A DNA stretch of 64,000 nt from Saccostrea cucullata (lineage: Eukaryota). Numbering within the stretch: the stretch's first letter is position 1; each line of letters opens with the position of its first letter. The notes beneath the pieces are model-generated. The model did not search any database and was not told the origin of the DNA. It saw only the letters and a program-made list of their open reading frames with translations. A program made the translations under genes and the position numbers. The stretch is from the NCBI RefSeq assembly GCF_032062105.1, contig NW_026933001.1, forward strand, positions 372,001 to 436,000, given 5' to 3'. Below, in pieces: positions 25,448-38,000 of the stretch.

Positions 25448-26718
25448 ATGACATCTACAAGCCTTACTCCAATAGCTGCAGAGAGAACAATTTCCATCAC
25501 AGATTCAGAAAATGCATTAACAGCAGAAGACATTCCAATGTAAGAAATTAAATATCTATTAGTTAGAAGATAAACAAAATTTTGTCATTCAAAGTCTATG
25601 TTTCTAATCACAGAATTAGCTTTTTGTTTCAGTAACACAATGTAGGGAAGAAATATTTTGAGTGTTATAAAATGTATGGTTTTCACCTTGTCTTACAAAC
25701 ACATTATAGTCAATTATGATTTAAAAATACACATAAATATGATAAACATTTACTGTTAATGCAAAAAAATTGTAGTATCATTTCATACAAATTATATTAA
25801 AATGAAATCCCTTTAACTTCATTTTTGTGGAAAATTGATAAAGATCTAGTTTAACAAGACAATTTTTAATTCAAGTACAAGTACTGCATGTGTGTATATA
25901 TACCTACAAAATAAATTGCCAAATTGCGTAATGCCATCCTGCTTCTGGAATTTGTTTATACATTTTTAAAATCATTTCAGTAAACCAGATGAGGGGGCCA
26001 GGAAATTCTGTGTTGGCAATTATGAGAAGGGGGAATTCAGTAGTGAGAGTGCAATCAAACTGCCACCGACAAAAGGGTTAGGGAGGATAGATATACAGGA
26101 AGCTGCCAATAACATCATTGAAACAACTAACAAGAAACGGAAAAGGGACTCAGACATGTTAAGAGACTTCAAAAAGACTGCAGAATATCAGGTGGTTTTC
26201 ATCATTCACAGAAATCACACACATATTAATGTTAAAATTAACTTAAATCGGGTCAAATTTTATACCTATCATATTAAATCAAGATTTATTAATACTGTTT
26301 AAAAAAAGAGAATATATGTTAGTGATCCCCCCCAAAAATTGAACCTTTTGTTAAATCAAATTCTTTAAAAGTGTATTTGCTTTCCTGAATTTTATTCCAT
26401 ATATAATCTCCATTTTCAAGCTTAAAAAAAAATCCAAAGAACAAAGGGAAGATTGAAGAAACATAAAAACTTCTTGTGACTATAATATCACCAATGCAGT
26501 ATTAATTTACTTTAGGTAATAGCATTCTTTTCCTTCAGCTCTGCACAACACTCCTTGAAATGCAGAACCGAATCCACAAGGTTTATGAGAGACAGGGCAA
26601 AATAATGGAGGAAAAGATGCAGGAATTAATGGCTTGTCTGGAGAGAATAGAAAAGCTGGAAGAGGAACTGGCAGAATTTAGGAATGCACTTCAGCTGCTT
26701 TATCATGACATTAATTAA
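25448..26718 (+). CDS. SYCE2: Synaptonemal complex central element protein 2-like, 3 coding exons, ~160 aa
   Basis: Exons 25448-25539, 25981-26191, 26539-26718 (GT-AG, phases 2 and 0). Core IQEAANNIIETTNKKRKRDSDMLRDFKK...EMQNRIHKVYERQGKIMEEKMQELMACLERIEKLEEELAEFRNALQLLYHDI aligns by eye with the recalled vertebrate SYCE2 core (AQQLIENIN..RQKD..LM.NFR...RIYQIY...KIIQEKLQE...I..LE.EL...VY.DL). AATAAA at 26903. Start codon uncertain: an acceptor at 25436 implies an upstream exon. Confidence 0.75.
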
Positions 26719-27661
26719 TGATTAAATTATTGTAAAATACAGGTGTTTCTATCATGACATTTAAATGTTAAATTATTGTATTAGAGGAGGGTTTTTCATG
26801 TTATGTTATTGAATATTAAAAGTAGATAAAGAGAAATTAATTGAATTTTTTGTTTTTTCCTGAATTTGATTTCTGCATGTATCTTGTTTTGGTTCACAGT
26901 GTAATAAAGTTTTGAATGCTAAATACGAATAACAAGAGAAAGACAGAAGTCTGAAATACAGATTGGAATTAAGATATTTGGTTCACAGCATACATGCATT
27001 GATGTAAATTAAGTTACCATTTTCCAGTGTAGAAAATATGAAAATCAATGTAATTGTTTTTCCTTGTTTAAAAAAATGGAAGAAAAAAAAAACTTGTCTG
27101 CAACCAATCCTGTGTTTTCCAAAAGAATAACTAGGATAAATAGTTTAGTCTTTTGTTGGAAATATTGATTGACATAAATTCATCATGCTAAGGGAGAAAA
27201 CTCAATATGGATCATGTTCCTCACTTCAATTTACAACGAAATTTCTAATTGTCAGAATTAAAATCAATTTTTTAGTTCTACAAAAGGAACATGTTGGTGT
27301 TCAATGTTAATTACCTGTGTCCAGTTCACTTTGAAATCCAGCAAGTTAATATTCACACATACATGTACACACCCACATCTTTTAAACCATTTTGGTATGA
27401 CTAAGACTGCCCCTTCCTCCTTTCATTCAAGTTCTTTGATTTTTTAAAATAGCAAACATTAAAAATATTGAAAAGGGACATTGAGGAAGATATTCACAAA
27501 TGTAGTTCTGGATAATAATTAAAAAGAGCAATCTCAAGGGCTACATCAAATATTCCTAACAGATGAGGCTAATTTTGCTTTATTTAGGATGTAATATAAT
27601 TAATAATGATAAACTCAAAACAAATTAAATTTTTTTGTAACTGTAGAAGACATTTTTTGAA

Positions 27662-27856
27662 ATACTGTAAACTACTCGTAACTATTATTTGCGTCATCTT
27701 TGATTTGCAATTCATCAATTTGAAAGCAACCCGCAGTAATTAATTTTCGTGACTGATGGAAAATAAATAGTTCGCAGAGATTAATATTCAAGAGTAAGAG
27801 TATATCAAGGAAGTTGCAGATATTTCTTGCACGTGAATAAAAGTTGGTTTACAGTA
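27662..27856. mobile_element. Short TACTGTA...TACAGTA-ended MITE; related or similar elements at ~29505-29718, 30204-30399, 44235-44448, 54157-54375
   Basis: Terminal ACTGTA/TACAGT inverted ends flanked by TA. The 29.5-kb and 44.3-kb copies share TCCAACCACGAAATT...AAACCAATA...GAAAATTTGA...TGTGATTTTACAGTA. Confidence 0.55.
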
Positions 27857-30800
27857 TACCTTCTTTTTATTAATTTTCTAGAAATGCACTACATGTGCAA
27901 ATATCTTCTTTGATGTTCCTTTTCAATTTTGTTCACAGTTATGGAGCAACACTCAGGAAAATTCTTTATACCGGTAAATAAAACTGCAGTTATTGACAGA
28001 TATTTATAGTCATTTACAGAATACAGTTAAAAATCCAATTCTGCTCTTTCATTGCAAGATACCTGAGGTCAAGAAAATGAATGATGCATTGAATTCCTTA
28101 ATTTATTTGAATATTTTCAGAAAAAATACATGCATAAAAAATTAATAACAAAGTCCTGAGATACTAACAACCATCAGAGGTGTGGGCACCACTGCACTGA
28201 CTTAACAACTGTACAAAGCAGCAGGAAAAATTATCAAAATGATCAAGGCAAACCACTAGCTCCATTAATTATAACATGAATTGACATTTTAGTCATTTAC
28301 GAAAGAAATACAATTATATTTGTTAATACGAAGATTGAAATTAAAACAATTATATTCATGGACAAGCTAAGAATTAAATTAAAGTTGTGTCATCCATATT
28401 TATTATTAGCATATTTCTAATCCTTTACTAAATGTGAACTGAGAAATATATACATGTATGGTAGAAATTACAGAGCTCACCTCAACAAAATCTGTCTTCA
28501 AGTAAGGCAAAGTCCCACATTCAAAATAATAATCTAGTAATGTAAAACCCAAGGGCATAGAAGTACTTAATAAGAAAACTGCACTAAAAGAGTTAACCTG
28601 GGACACTAAGGGTATCACATAAGCACCCCTCCCTCCCCCGACACAATTGAGGTGAGCTAAAAAATTCTTACTCTTGTATTGAATACCCAAGCCATTTAAC
28701 CATTCACATTTAAAAAATAAGAAATACAACATGTAGTACATATTGATAAAATACTTTTGGAACCAAATCTAACAAGAAGCATTGAATCTGGGTTTACCAG
28801 ATTTCTGTACCGGGTAATTTATTTTAAATGTATATGTATACCCATTGCATTCTGAAGAGGACTAGATATTTAGGAAATATTGTAATGACTAGGAGGAAGC
28901 TAATAATTGTAAAAAGAGTAAAATGGACTACATGTAATGGGACTATAAAATACAAATATATATACATGTATACTAGTATATTATGTTTATATGAAAAGAA
29001 GGACAACTTGAGATGATATGCATGCGATGGTATTCTCTAAAATGCTCTCATACCAGCTATGTTTATGAGAAAATGGGTAAATGCCCAATATCAATATTTT
29101 GAAATTTTTTCATTGCTCTTTTTATCTCTTATCATTATAAAATCAAAATTTATTATGTTTTCTCATAATTTCTAGACTGGTTTTGTCTAAATATTTTACA
29201 AGAACCCACAACCCTTGTAAAATACATGTATATGTACAAATATATAATTACATGTGTATGTACTTTGTGAATATTTCTCCTATCCTAGCTAATTTTTTCT
29301 CAGAATGTATTGTTAATTAAAGCTATCCTATCAAAGACTATTTTGATACATGTAGTTTATATTTATTATGTAAAATGCATATCTTTACATGTATTTAACA
29401 ATATTCACATGCTCTTCTTTACAATAACTTACAAAGTGACAAAGAAGCACCACTTTCACTACAGGCAGAATCATTGAATATATTCATTTGCAAAGTATCA
29501 TTTAATGTGAAATCACAAATTTTCGAGGGGGGGGTAATTTTCGTTGTTTTCAAGGAAAGGAGAGACCCTCTAAATTCATAACCACCTCAAAATTTTAAGT
29601 TTCATATGCATTACTACTCAACACTTCTCCAACCACGAAATTGAATCCCCACAAACCAATATATTTTTTTCTCAAACCTAGAAAATTTGACCCCATGAAA
29701 ATTTGTGATTTTACAGTATACAGCATACAAAATACATTGATTAAAAGAGTACAATATATACCTTCAAAATGTGTAACTTATGGTTTCATAATGTGTGCTT
29801 AAAAATTCAACACAACCAAGCAACAAGAACAGACAAATAAAGGCACAACAACGTTAAAGTATGAAGTAGAAGCTGATAAGCATAAACATGATCAAATTAG
29901 CAGATTGGGGGAATATTACAGCTTTATTGGTCAATATTAAACATTACCAAGATATTCTCAAATGGTGAACACAGTACATTTCATGCAAAAATATTGGTAA
30001 GAAATATAAATGGGATACCGGTGAGGTAAAGGCATACAAAAATTATGTATCACATCCCAAATATCACATCACAAGGGAGATTTGATTGTTGTATGGAAAA
30101 TAATTCAAGTAATGTATTGGTCCATGGTACTTGGAAAAATACAAGAATAAACACTGATAACAGACCCAAATAAGCATTGCACAAGAACAACATTAAACAG
30201 ACAATACTGTATACATGGTTATTTTCGCCCCCCCATGTCATTTTTGCCCTTTTGCACTTGCGAACATTTTGCCCCATTTTAAATTCACCAAGTCATAATT
30301 CTGTTAAAGAACCTATGCTGTGTTCTTTGAATTTGCCCAAACATGAAGAGGGTGAAAGGGGCAAAAATAAAACGGGGCAAAATTTCCCTGTATACAGTAT
30401 GTAACATTTACACATGTACATTTAATGATTTATATTTTTTTGCATTTGGTTGTTATGACATTTGCATACAAAAGACATTACTCTAATGTAGACAATATAA
30501 ATGTACAAATAATACGAAAAAAAATCAATCTACAATATAATTCAAATTAATCATTCTTGTAAGGAAAAAATAAATTTTATGAATAAAGATGGCACTGTTT
30601 TGTATAATATACAAAATGCCTTGTTTTCAAAGCAATTTTGTTTATATTTATATCTCTTATGTTTGTTAGTGGTTGTTAAAAAATCCTATATTAATCAAAG
30701 TTGTCTTATTCAAATATGCTCCATGCACCATGTTCATCTGTGTACAGTTGTACTACACTAAAAAACTAAAAAATATACATCTTAGAATAAGAAAAATATA

Positions 30801-31099
30801 GCTACAATTCTGTATAAAAAAAACTTTTGACAATATGGTTAATTACTCATGTTGTTTATAATTAGGTGCTGTTTGAATTAATGTTGAGTCACCTAATTAA
30901 TAACTTCACTATGTAACATACAAAACTACAACAAAACTGCATTTACTTTTGATGTTAGCTGCGTTTCAGTGTTGTTTGAAACAGAGCTCTTTGACACTTC
31001 ACTGTTTGGCGTATTTTGCCTGTATTAATGCTGTGAGATGCAGAACAGACTGGCTGACTGACTTTCTTGGTTCTGGGCTCATACCAGATCAATAATGAA

Positions 31100-33861
31100 T
31101 TAAATGGCATTAGCATCACTTTGTTGGTCCTCCTCTTCCACTGTATGACAGACAGACTGGTAACAGTTATACTGCTCCGTGGGGTGAAGAAAGAATTTGA
31201 TTTCAGATGCCTTGGGGTGACAAGTCTTGTAGTAGATCAGCTGTAGACTTATGTGTAGCAGGCAACCCCCAGCCACGGCTCCGATGGCAGTATAATAAAG
31301 CCAGGTCTCTTTCTGTTCTACACTGTACAGCCATAATGCCAGCATGATAAAATTTTCAATATAGAAAATAAAGTAGTACAGAATGGCTCTATACCTCGTG
31401 TGTCCATCTCTGGCATTCAGAAAGCAGAAAATCATAGCATAGCCCAGTATAATGTTAAAAATGACCTCATCTCTCTTCTTCTCTCCGTAGAAATTAGTTT
31501 TCTGACAGAGCAACCATACCGTCATGATGATCCAATGTATAGCTGCAGCAACAAGAACAAAATAGGTAAACTCGGAGGCAAACAGGGCTAGAATCAGCAC
31601 CCTGGGCCCAATCTCACACAGTCTCCAGGAGAAGTAACCCAGGGTCAGCATCAGAGTGGACAACAGGCTCTGTTTTTTGGGTACATGATCTTGGGATTGG
31701 TCCTGCTTGCTGACATATTTTTCATAGAGTTCTGAATGCTGCATGGCTCTCAGGGCCTTGTGATAGGAGGTCAGGCTAAAGGACAGGCCTGTCCAAGATC
31801 CAACCAGGGCCACCACACGGATGATTTCTGAAAAAGAGTAATTTTAAATAAAGTTTTCTTTACTTTTTTAAAAAAGAAAATTATTAACAACCTGTTAACC
31901 TTGTGACGTTACTCTTGTTTCTGGTACAAATATTTGTTAAGTATAAAATCTGCACATAAGTGTTAAGAAGGACAAAAAGTACTGCATGTAAATATCACCA
32001 CATATATTGTATCATATTCATTTTTTTTTCACATATCTTCAACAACAACTTGTCAAATTAAAAAACAGATTGCATCAGGAAGTTTTTGCAATGTACAAAA
32101 TCGTGAACTTTAATCATGAAGTAAAAAGGGTTTTTTTAGACAATAATGAGATGTGATGTATAATTTTACTGCAAAAGCTCAGACTTTTTATTTTTTGAGA
32201 TATTGTCTAAAATTGATAGTGTAACACAAACAGAATGTATAAAGTTATGACCTTGACCTCTGACCTTATGACCTCAAAATCAAAAGGGTTCTTCTTTAGG
32301 CCATAGGGAGAAGTAATACATGGCGTATTATAGTTTATTGCTAAAGTTGAAAGGCTTCTTGAAGTATTACTCACAAAATGAACCTGAGTATGAATTTATT
32401 GAATACCTCGACCTTTGGGACCTAAAAATCAATAGGGGTCTTCTTTTGGCCATAGGATGTTGCAATATAAAATTTCATTGCAAAAGCTCAAAGGCTTCTT
32501 AAGATATCATTCACAAATAAAAGTGGCAAAAATACAGCTAACAGACATAGGGACAGACCCAATAATATCCACCTCTTTCAGGGAAAGTGATAAAAAAAAC
32601 AGTCAAACAGCATTGGGTCACATAAAGAACTGTTGAATGGTTAAAGCAAATTAGTAAATGTAAATGCTTCATGAGGCAGAGTTACATGTAGTTTTAGATA
32701 TAAAGTCAAAAATTGGAATGTTTATCTAATATCACAGGTCATGCAGCAATAGTTAAAGTTATAAGCATGAAAAATTTAAATGTAAAGAAATAAGACTTTT
32801 ATTTCTGAGCTACTGTTTGAGATGAAGTACTGGTAATAAAATGTAATGCTTACTCATGTGCCCATGCTCTTCAAGATCATTATTCCCATCAAACCCATTA
32901 TTTTTTATTTCACTGAACAAGATGAAAAGCTGAAGAACAAGCTGCGGTGCTGCCTCCAAAAAACATTCAAACATGCGAACCAAGCCAGCATCAGTATCCT
33001 CATAAAGCATTTGTTTATAATGGTGCCATTTCTTTTTTCTGTCCTTTTCCTCCGTCTCACTGCCTTTCTTGCTCATAATGCCATGGTAAATGAACTCAGA
33101 GTGTCTGCAGTATGAAGTTTAAAGCATGACAGAATGTTATTATAAACTGCAAACAATCACACAACAAACAACATAAAGCAAAACAAGAGGCTCATGGGCC
33201 ACATCACTCACCTGAACACTGTGACTAGAAAAAAGCAAAAATCAATCTAGTATTGAAAAAGCTAAAATGCATAAATGGTCCTGACCTAACCCTAAAAGGG
33301 AGGGGGTATGATCTGAATTAACTTAACTAAGATAGAATGCTTACATATTTCTTTGAATTTCTGTGGCTTTTTTTCTCTATAAAGTTTGAACTTTCATTTT
33401 GGCCCCCTTCCCGAGTCATGTCTTGAACAAATCTGAATCAACACTACCTGAGAATGCTTCCATATCAATATGACCAAACCATGACTTGATTGTTTATGAG
33501 TAAAAGATTTTTCCTATATAAAACTTTGTACATCAATTGTGGGCCAACCCTAACCCAGGTTCGAATCCCAGTCTAGTCAGCTGCATTTTTCTCCTCTCCC
33601 ATTACATTTGATGGCTTGCTATGCCCTGGAATTGACAGGTGAGATGCCTGCTAGGGATGAGCCTGGCTTGGGGAGGGAGGTATGTGGCGGTCAGCCGGAT
33701 TTGATCACCAGTGGCCAGAAAGCTCAGTTGGTAGAGCACCTGACTGGAAATTAAAGGGGACCTGCTTCAAATCCCAGTCTGGTCCACTGCATTTTTGTCT
33801 TCTCCCTTTACACTTCATTATCTCTCCTTGAAAGAGGGTGTGGCCCTTCACTTGAACAAAA

Positions 33862-33892
<31 letters not shown>

Positions 33893-34734
33893 GCAAGTTT
33901 GTTTGAAATTTGTATGAAATTTGAAGTTGAAAATGTGAAAATACAGAAAGACAGACAGCTAGATGGATGCAAGGACAAAATTTGATCAGAAAAGATCACT
34001 TGAGTTTTCAGCTCAGGTGAGCTTAAAATTAATCAGTAATTAATGTTAATCATCAAAGCAAGACAATGGACAAACAAAATTAAGCAAAATTAAGCTTCAA
34101 AGGTCTAAATGTAATCTACATGACCTACAATACAATACCTTACAACTGGTCCAACCATTAACGGAAAAGTGAAGAAAATTCTGAGAAACCAGATCCATAT
34201 AGGAGTTACTTTAGTTTTGGGTTTCTTTGCAAGTTTCTTTTGCTCCTGTTCATAATCAACAAGATACCACCGAGCACTTTGTCCATTAGAAATAAAAGCT
34301 GGTATTACAATAAATCCAGTTGTAAAACCAAATGCAACCCATCGATCAAGGGTATAGTAGTGTGCTGCCAGTAAAATATCTGATACAACATCATAGAAAA
34401 ATAATATAATTGAAAACACAGCAAAAATAATGTCATAGTATTGAAAGGGATATTTTATAAATTTCAAAATTCTTCCTTTCTTTTTGTCCCCTTTAAATTG
34501 TATGGAGCAATCAGGTTGAGATTCACCAAGATCTCCATTTTCACCAATGTCCTTGGGAGTTTTGGGTGTGATCAGAGTTTGCAATTTGATATCGGACTCA
34601 TTCAAAGAATCATTATCAATCCCTTTCAATGATTTTTGTTTCTCTGCGTAGTACACTCGACGTGTATAAGGCACTTTTCCATTTTTAAACAAAGGAATTG
34701 CCGTATGCGTTGTCACTCTATCACCGGAATTCAT
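31100..34734 (-). CDS. XK-related protein (XKR family, putative phospholipid scramblase), 3 exons, 524 aa
   Basis: Exons 34734-34139, 33104-32854, 31827-31100 with compatible phases (1575 nt). XK motifs YDVVSDILLA..Y, VRMFECFLEAAPQLVLQL, SLTSY, WRLCEIGPRVLILALFAS, IFCFLN...G.TRYR..LYY..FYIEN. Confidence 0.92.
32245..32590. repeat. Degenerate GACCTTGACC-type satellite / Helentron internal repeat (2 units)
   Basis: GACCTCAAAATCAAAAGGGTTCTTCTTTAGGCCATAGG recurs ~150 bp later as GACCTAAAAATCAATAGGGGTCTTCTTTTGGCCATAGG. Confidence 0.5.
33182..34027 (+). mobile_element. Degenerate non-autonomous Helentron-like (HINE) element containing tRNA-like sequence
   Basis: Same ends as 49566-50815 (AACAAGAGGCTCATGGGCCACATCACTCACCTGA ... 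CTCAGGTGAGCTTAAA). Internal tRNA-like segment 33711-33786, with a second 3' half at 33558-33605. Confidence 0.75.
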
Positions 34735-35065
34735 TTTGATACTTAGTCAAGGCCACAATCAAATACTACGTAATCATATTGGCTATCAGTGCAGTCTCAA
34801 CTTTGCATTTCGAGTCAGTTCGGGTTAAAGTTTTGATTGAATAACTCATACATGAAATCATTCATTGGATGAAAAAGGTTTTTGTGATATGTTAAATATA
34901 TTATATGCTAATTTCTTCTATTTTAGTTTGTTTTCCATTTATCAAAAGAAAAGTTTAAAAAGATGCATAAAAAAAAACGAAATCTGTGAATGACATTTTT
35001 AAACAGAAATATTTATGTAAGACTTAACAACATACATGGAAGTGCGCATCTCGAAAAATGTCAAA
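34735..35065. promoter_or_regulatory. Putative bidirectional promoter between the XKR gene and the EGF-repeat receptor gene
   Basis: Divergent start codons only ~330 bp apart (34734 on -, 35066 on +). Promoter function is inferred from geometry only. Confidence 0.5.
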
Positions 35066-38000
35066 ATGGGAAGTAACGACCAAATATATTGGTTTTTGTT
35101 GCTGTTTGTTTTGTTGAAATCATGTCATTCAGGTAATTACGGTTACATTTGCTCTGACATCAAACCTCCGGCTATGCCTATCCATCTCTCTGAAGATTTT
35201 TGGTCATATTTTTACTGGTTTTTATTTGATACAGAACGGTTGCTCTTCTATTTTTAAAACAGACCAGAGGCCTGCAGTGTCACCCACAGATAAAAACTGT
35301 ATATGTATCGCTAAAAAAATCGCACTTTTTTTTAGCTGCAGATTTGTAGTTTGCTCTCTGAAAAATTAAGATGGACGACCAAAGAACTAACCAATTGAAA
35401 CAAAAAGTGTATATTTATTGGATTTGCACACAAAAAAGACCGCTCTTTCTCTTTTTTTTTCACCATGCATTTCAAACATATTGTATACTAATACACAACA
35501 AAACTGCATGTAGAAGTCATGCAGGAATGCATTGTACCGAATAATCTGGTTCCATGTTCGTTCGCCTGATTCCCCGTTCGCCTGATTTTTACAGATAAAA
35601 ACTTGTTACATGTTCGCGTAATTTAATAAAGAATAAAATCTAATGAATTTCTTTCCTAATTTTTATGTACATTCAAAATAAAACAGTCAGTCACTGTATC
35701 CGCCAGACGTTATATGCATATGATCACACCCGTTTTAGTATCAGCGGTCACACATGTCCTTTAATTGTTTTAAAAACATAGCGCAATTCGTAAAAATAAC
35801 ACGGATGTATCCCCCTTAATTAAATTGATATTAATCATCTAATTAACTATAGTTCAAACACTTAGTCATTCAAAAAATCATTAGAATCAAATAAAAATTT
35901 ATTTAGACTAAATAAACATTGCTCTTCGTATCAGAATTTAAGAGAAAAAAAAAATTCCAAGTTCGTAAGTGAAATAAATAGAAAAAATGATATACTCGTA
36001 TGTTAATTTTTAATTCATATTTATTATATAAGTATATATCATGTGTATATTGGGCGAACCACATATAGGGCGAACAAGATATTGGGCGAAAAATATTTTG
36101 GGCGAAGGGACTCTGCGCGAACGGACTCCTGCGAACAGGTAGATCGGGCGAACAAACCCGTTACCGAATAATCTTGACACCTAATATGGCAGTGTTAATA
36201 CTAATAATAGACAAAATGAAGGGCTATAATCATTGGTCAACACTTCTGGGAAATGTTTTGTTGTGGAAGTGGTTAAAAAATATGCTAGGAACATTTGGAT
36301 AGTAAAACTTCTAGATGGCAGCATAAATTAATGGAGAAATAAATCGATAGCAGACTTTTTGGTGCACTATTTATTAAAAAAAATCTTAAGACTCAATCAG
36401 CCACTTGTTAATGACATTTTTTAAAAGTATATATATCTTGACACCTTTTAAAAAGGTTATATAAAAAGAGAAAAATTTGGATGGTCCCATGGCCCAGATG
36501 GCTCAGTATTTACAATGATTATAGGAAATGTTTTTTTATGTGGAAATAGCTATAAATAATGTGTTTCTAAGAAACATATTTTCAGTTATATTGTAAGAGA
36601 CAGTTTAATCCTTTTTTTCAGACAGGAAGCTACAGATCTGCAGCAAATTTTTAAGCATGCATGATCAATGCTTTATTTAAAATCAGAGAAGGGACTGAAA
36701 TATGCTTTTTGATACAGAGACACAGAGCAGATTTAACTTTGTTTAAGCAATGATGAATGGATATGAATGTACAGTTAGTATAAACTTTATTTTATGTTAC
36801 CTATTAATAAAGAATTTCTTGATTTGCAGAGTTATTGTGCAATAATAGTAAATGTTTGTATGGGAGCGATTACTGCGGGCAGGACAGAGGGTGTCTCTAT
36901 GGATGTCAGCCTGGATTTTCTGGGAAAAACTGTGACAGAACCTGCTCATCGGGGTACATTTTCCTTTGAACTGTTATAGTTTTTAAAGAGCATACATACA
37001 CAATTCATAAAGAGTGACTAAAAATTGGTTACTTTTGATAATGCAGAATAGATTATCTAAATATTTTTAGTATATTTAACAGTACCATATAATAAACATT
37101 TCTTCCTTTTGTACAGGTGCATTGAGTGTGATTGGAATGGTTACCATGAAAACTGCACAATGTGTGAGCCAGGTAGATATGGACCGGGCTGTACAGAAAT
37201 CTGCAGCACACACTGTAAAATAAGCCCGTCTAAGTGTGACCAGTTCGGTCGCTGTATCTACGGTTGTAACCTGGGCTGGAGAGGCGACAAGTGTGAGGAG
37301 CAGGACTGTGATTTTGATAACTGTGTTCTCTGTGACATCTCCTACTACAATAACTATATCTATTGTTCAGTGTGTACGGAGGGGAAGTTTTGGAACATAA
37401 GCTCTCATTCCTGTGTTAACTGTAGTGATTTCTGTGTGGGAGGAAGCCTAGCATGCAATACTACTACAGGGGCTTGTAAGTATGGGTGTAAATATGGATA
37501 CTTTGGCAATAACTGTGACAGAAGATGTACACTAAGTCACTGTAACACTTGCAAGGAGAATCCTTATAATAATAATGCCGTCTATTGTTCAGCCTGTGAT
37601 GATGGATATTTTTGGAATAGCAGTTTCTGTGACAGATGCAAAGGTCATTGTATAAATGGAAAGTCCTGTGATAAGTCATCAGGGAAGTGTACAAATGGCT
37701 GCTCAACTGGCTGGTATGGAAACATGTGCAATCGTGAATGCTTAATTCAGAACTGTCTGCAATGTGCAGCAAAGGTAGAGACAATGCCACCTACTTGTCA
37801 ACAATGCAGTGCTGGTTTTTACTGGAATGGGACAAGTTGTAGAGAATGCAGTAACAAATGTAAAGGAGGTCAGCAGGCCTGCAATGGGACTACTGGCAGA
37901 TGTCTTAATGGGTGTGAGTTTGGTTATTTTGGAAGTCATTGTACATGGAAATGCAGTCCTTATTGTGCGGGAGGGGGATCGTGTAAGGAGGATTCTGGAC

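Noticed and set aside
31100-31140. Caspase-activation site in the XKR C-terminus (EEEDQQSDA)
   Set aside because: The tail is acidic, but there is no clear DxxD motif and the Asp is only 4 residues from the end; cannot be supported.
33711-33786. Functional tRNA gene
   Set aside because: The T-arm is degenerate (GCTTCAAATCC), the anticodon arm pairs poorly, and it is embedded in a repeat; treated as tRNA-derived.
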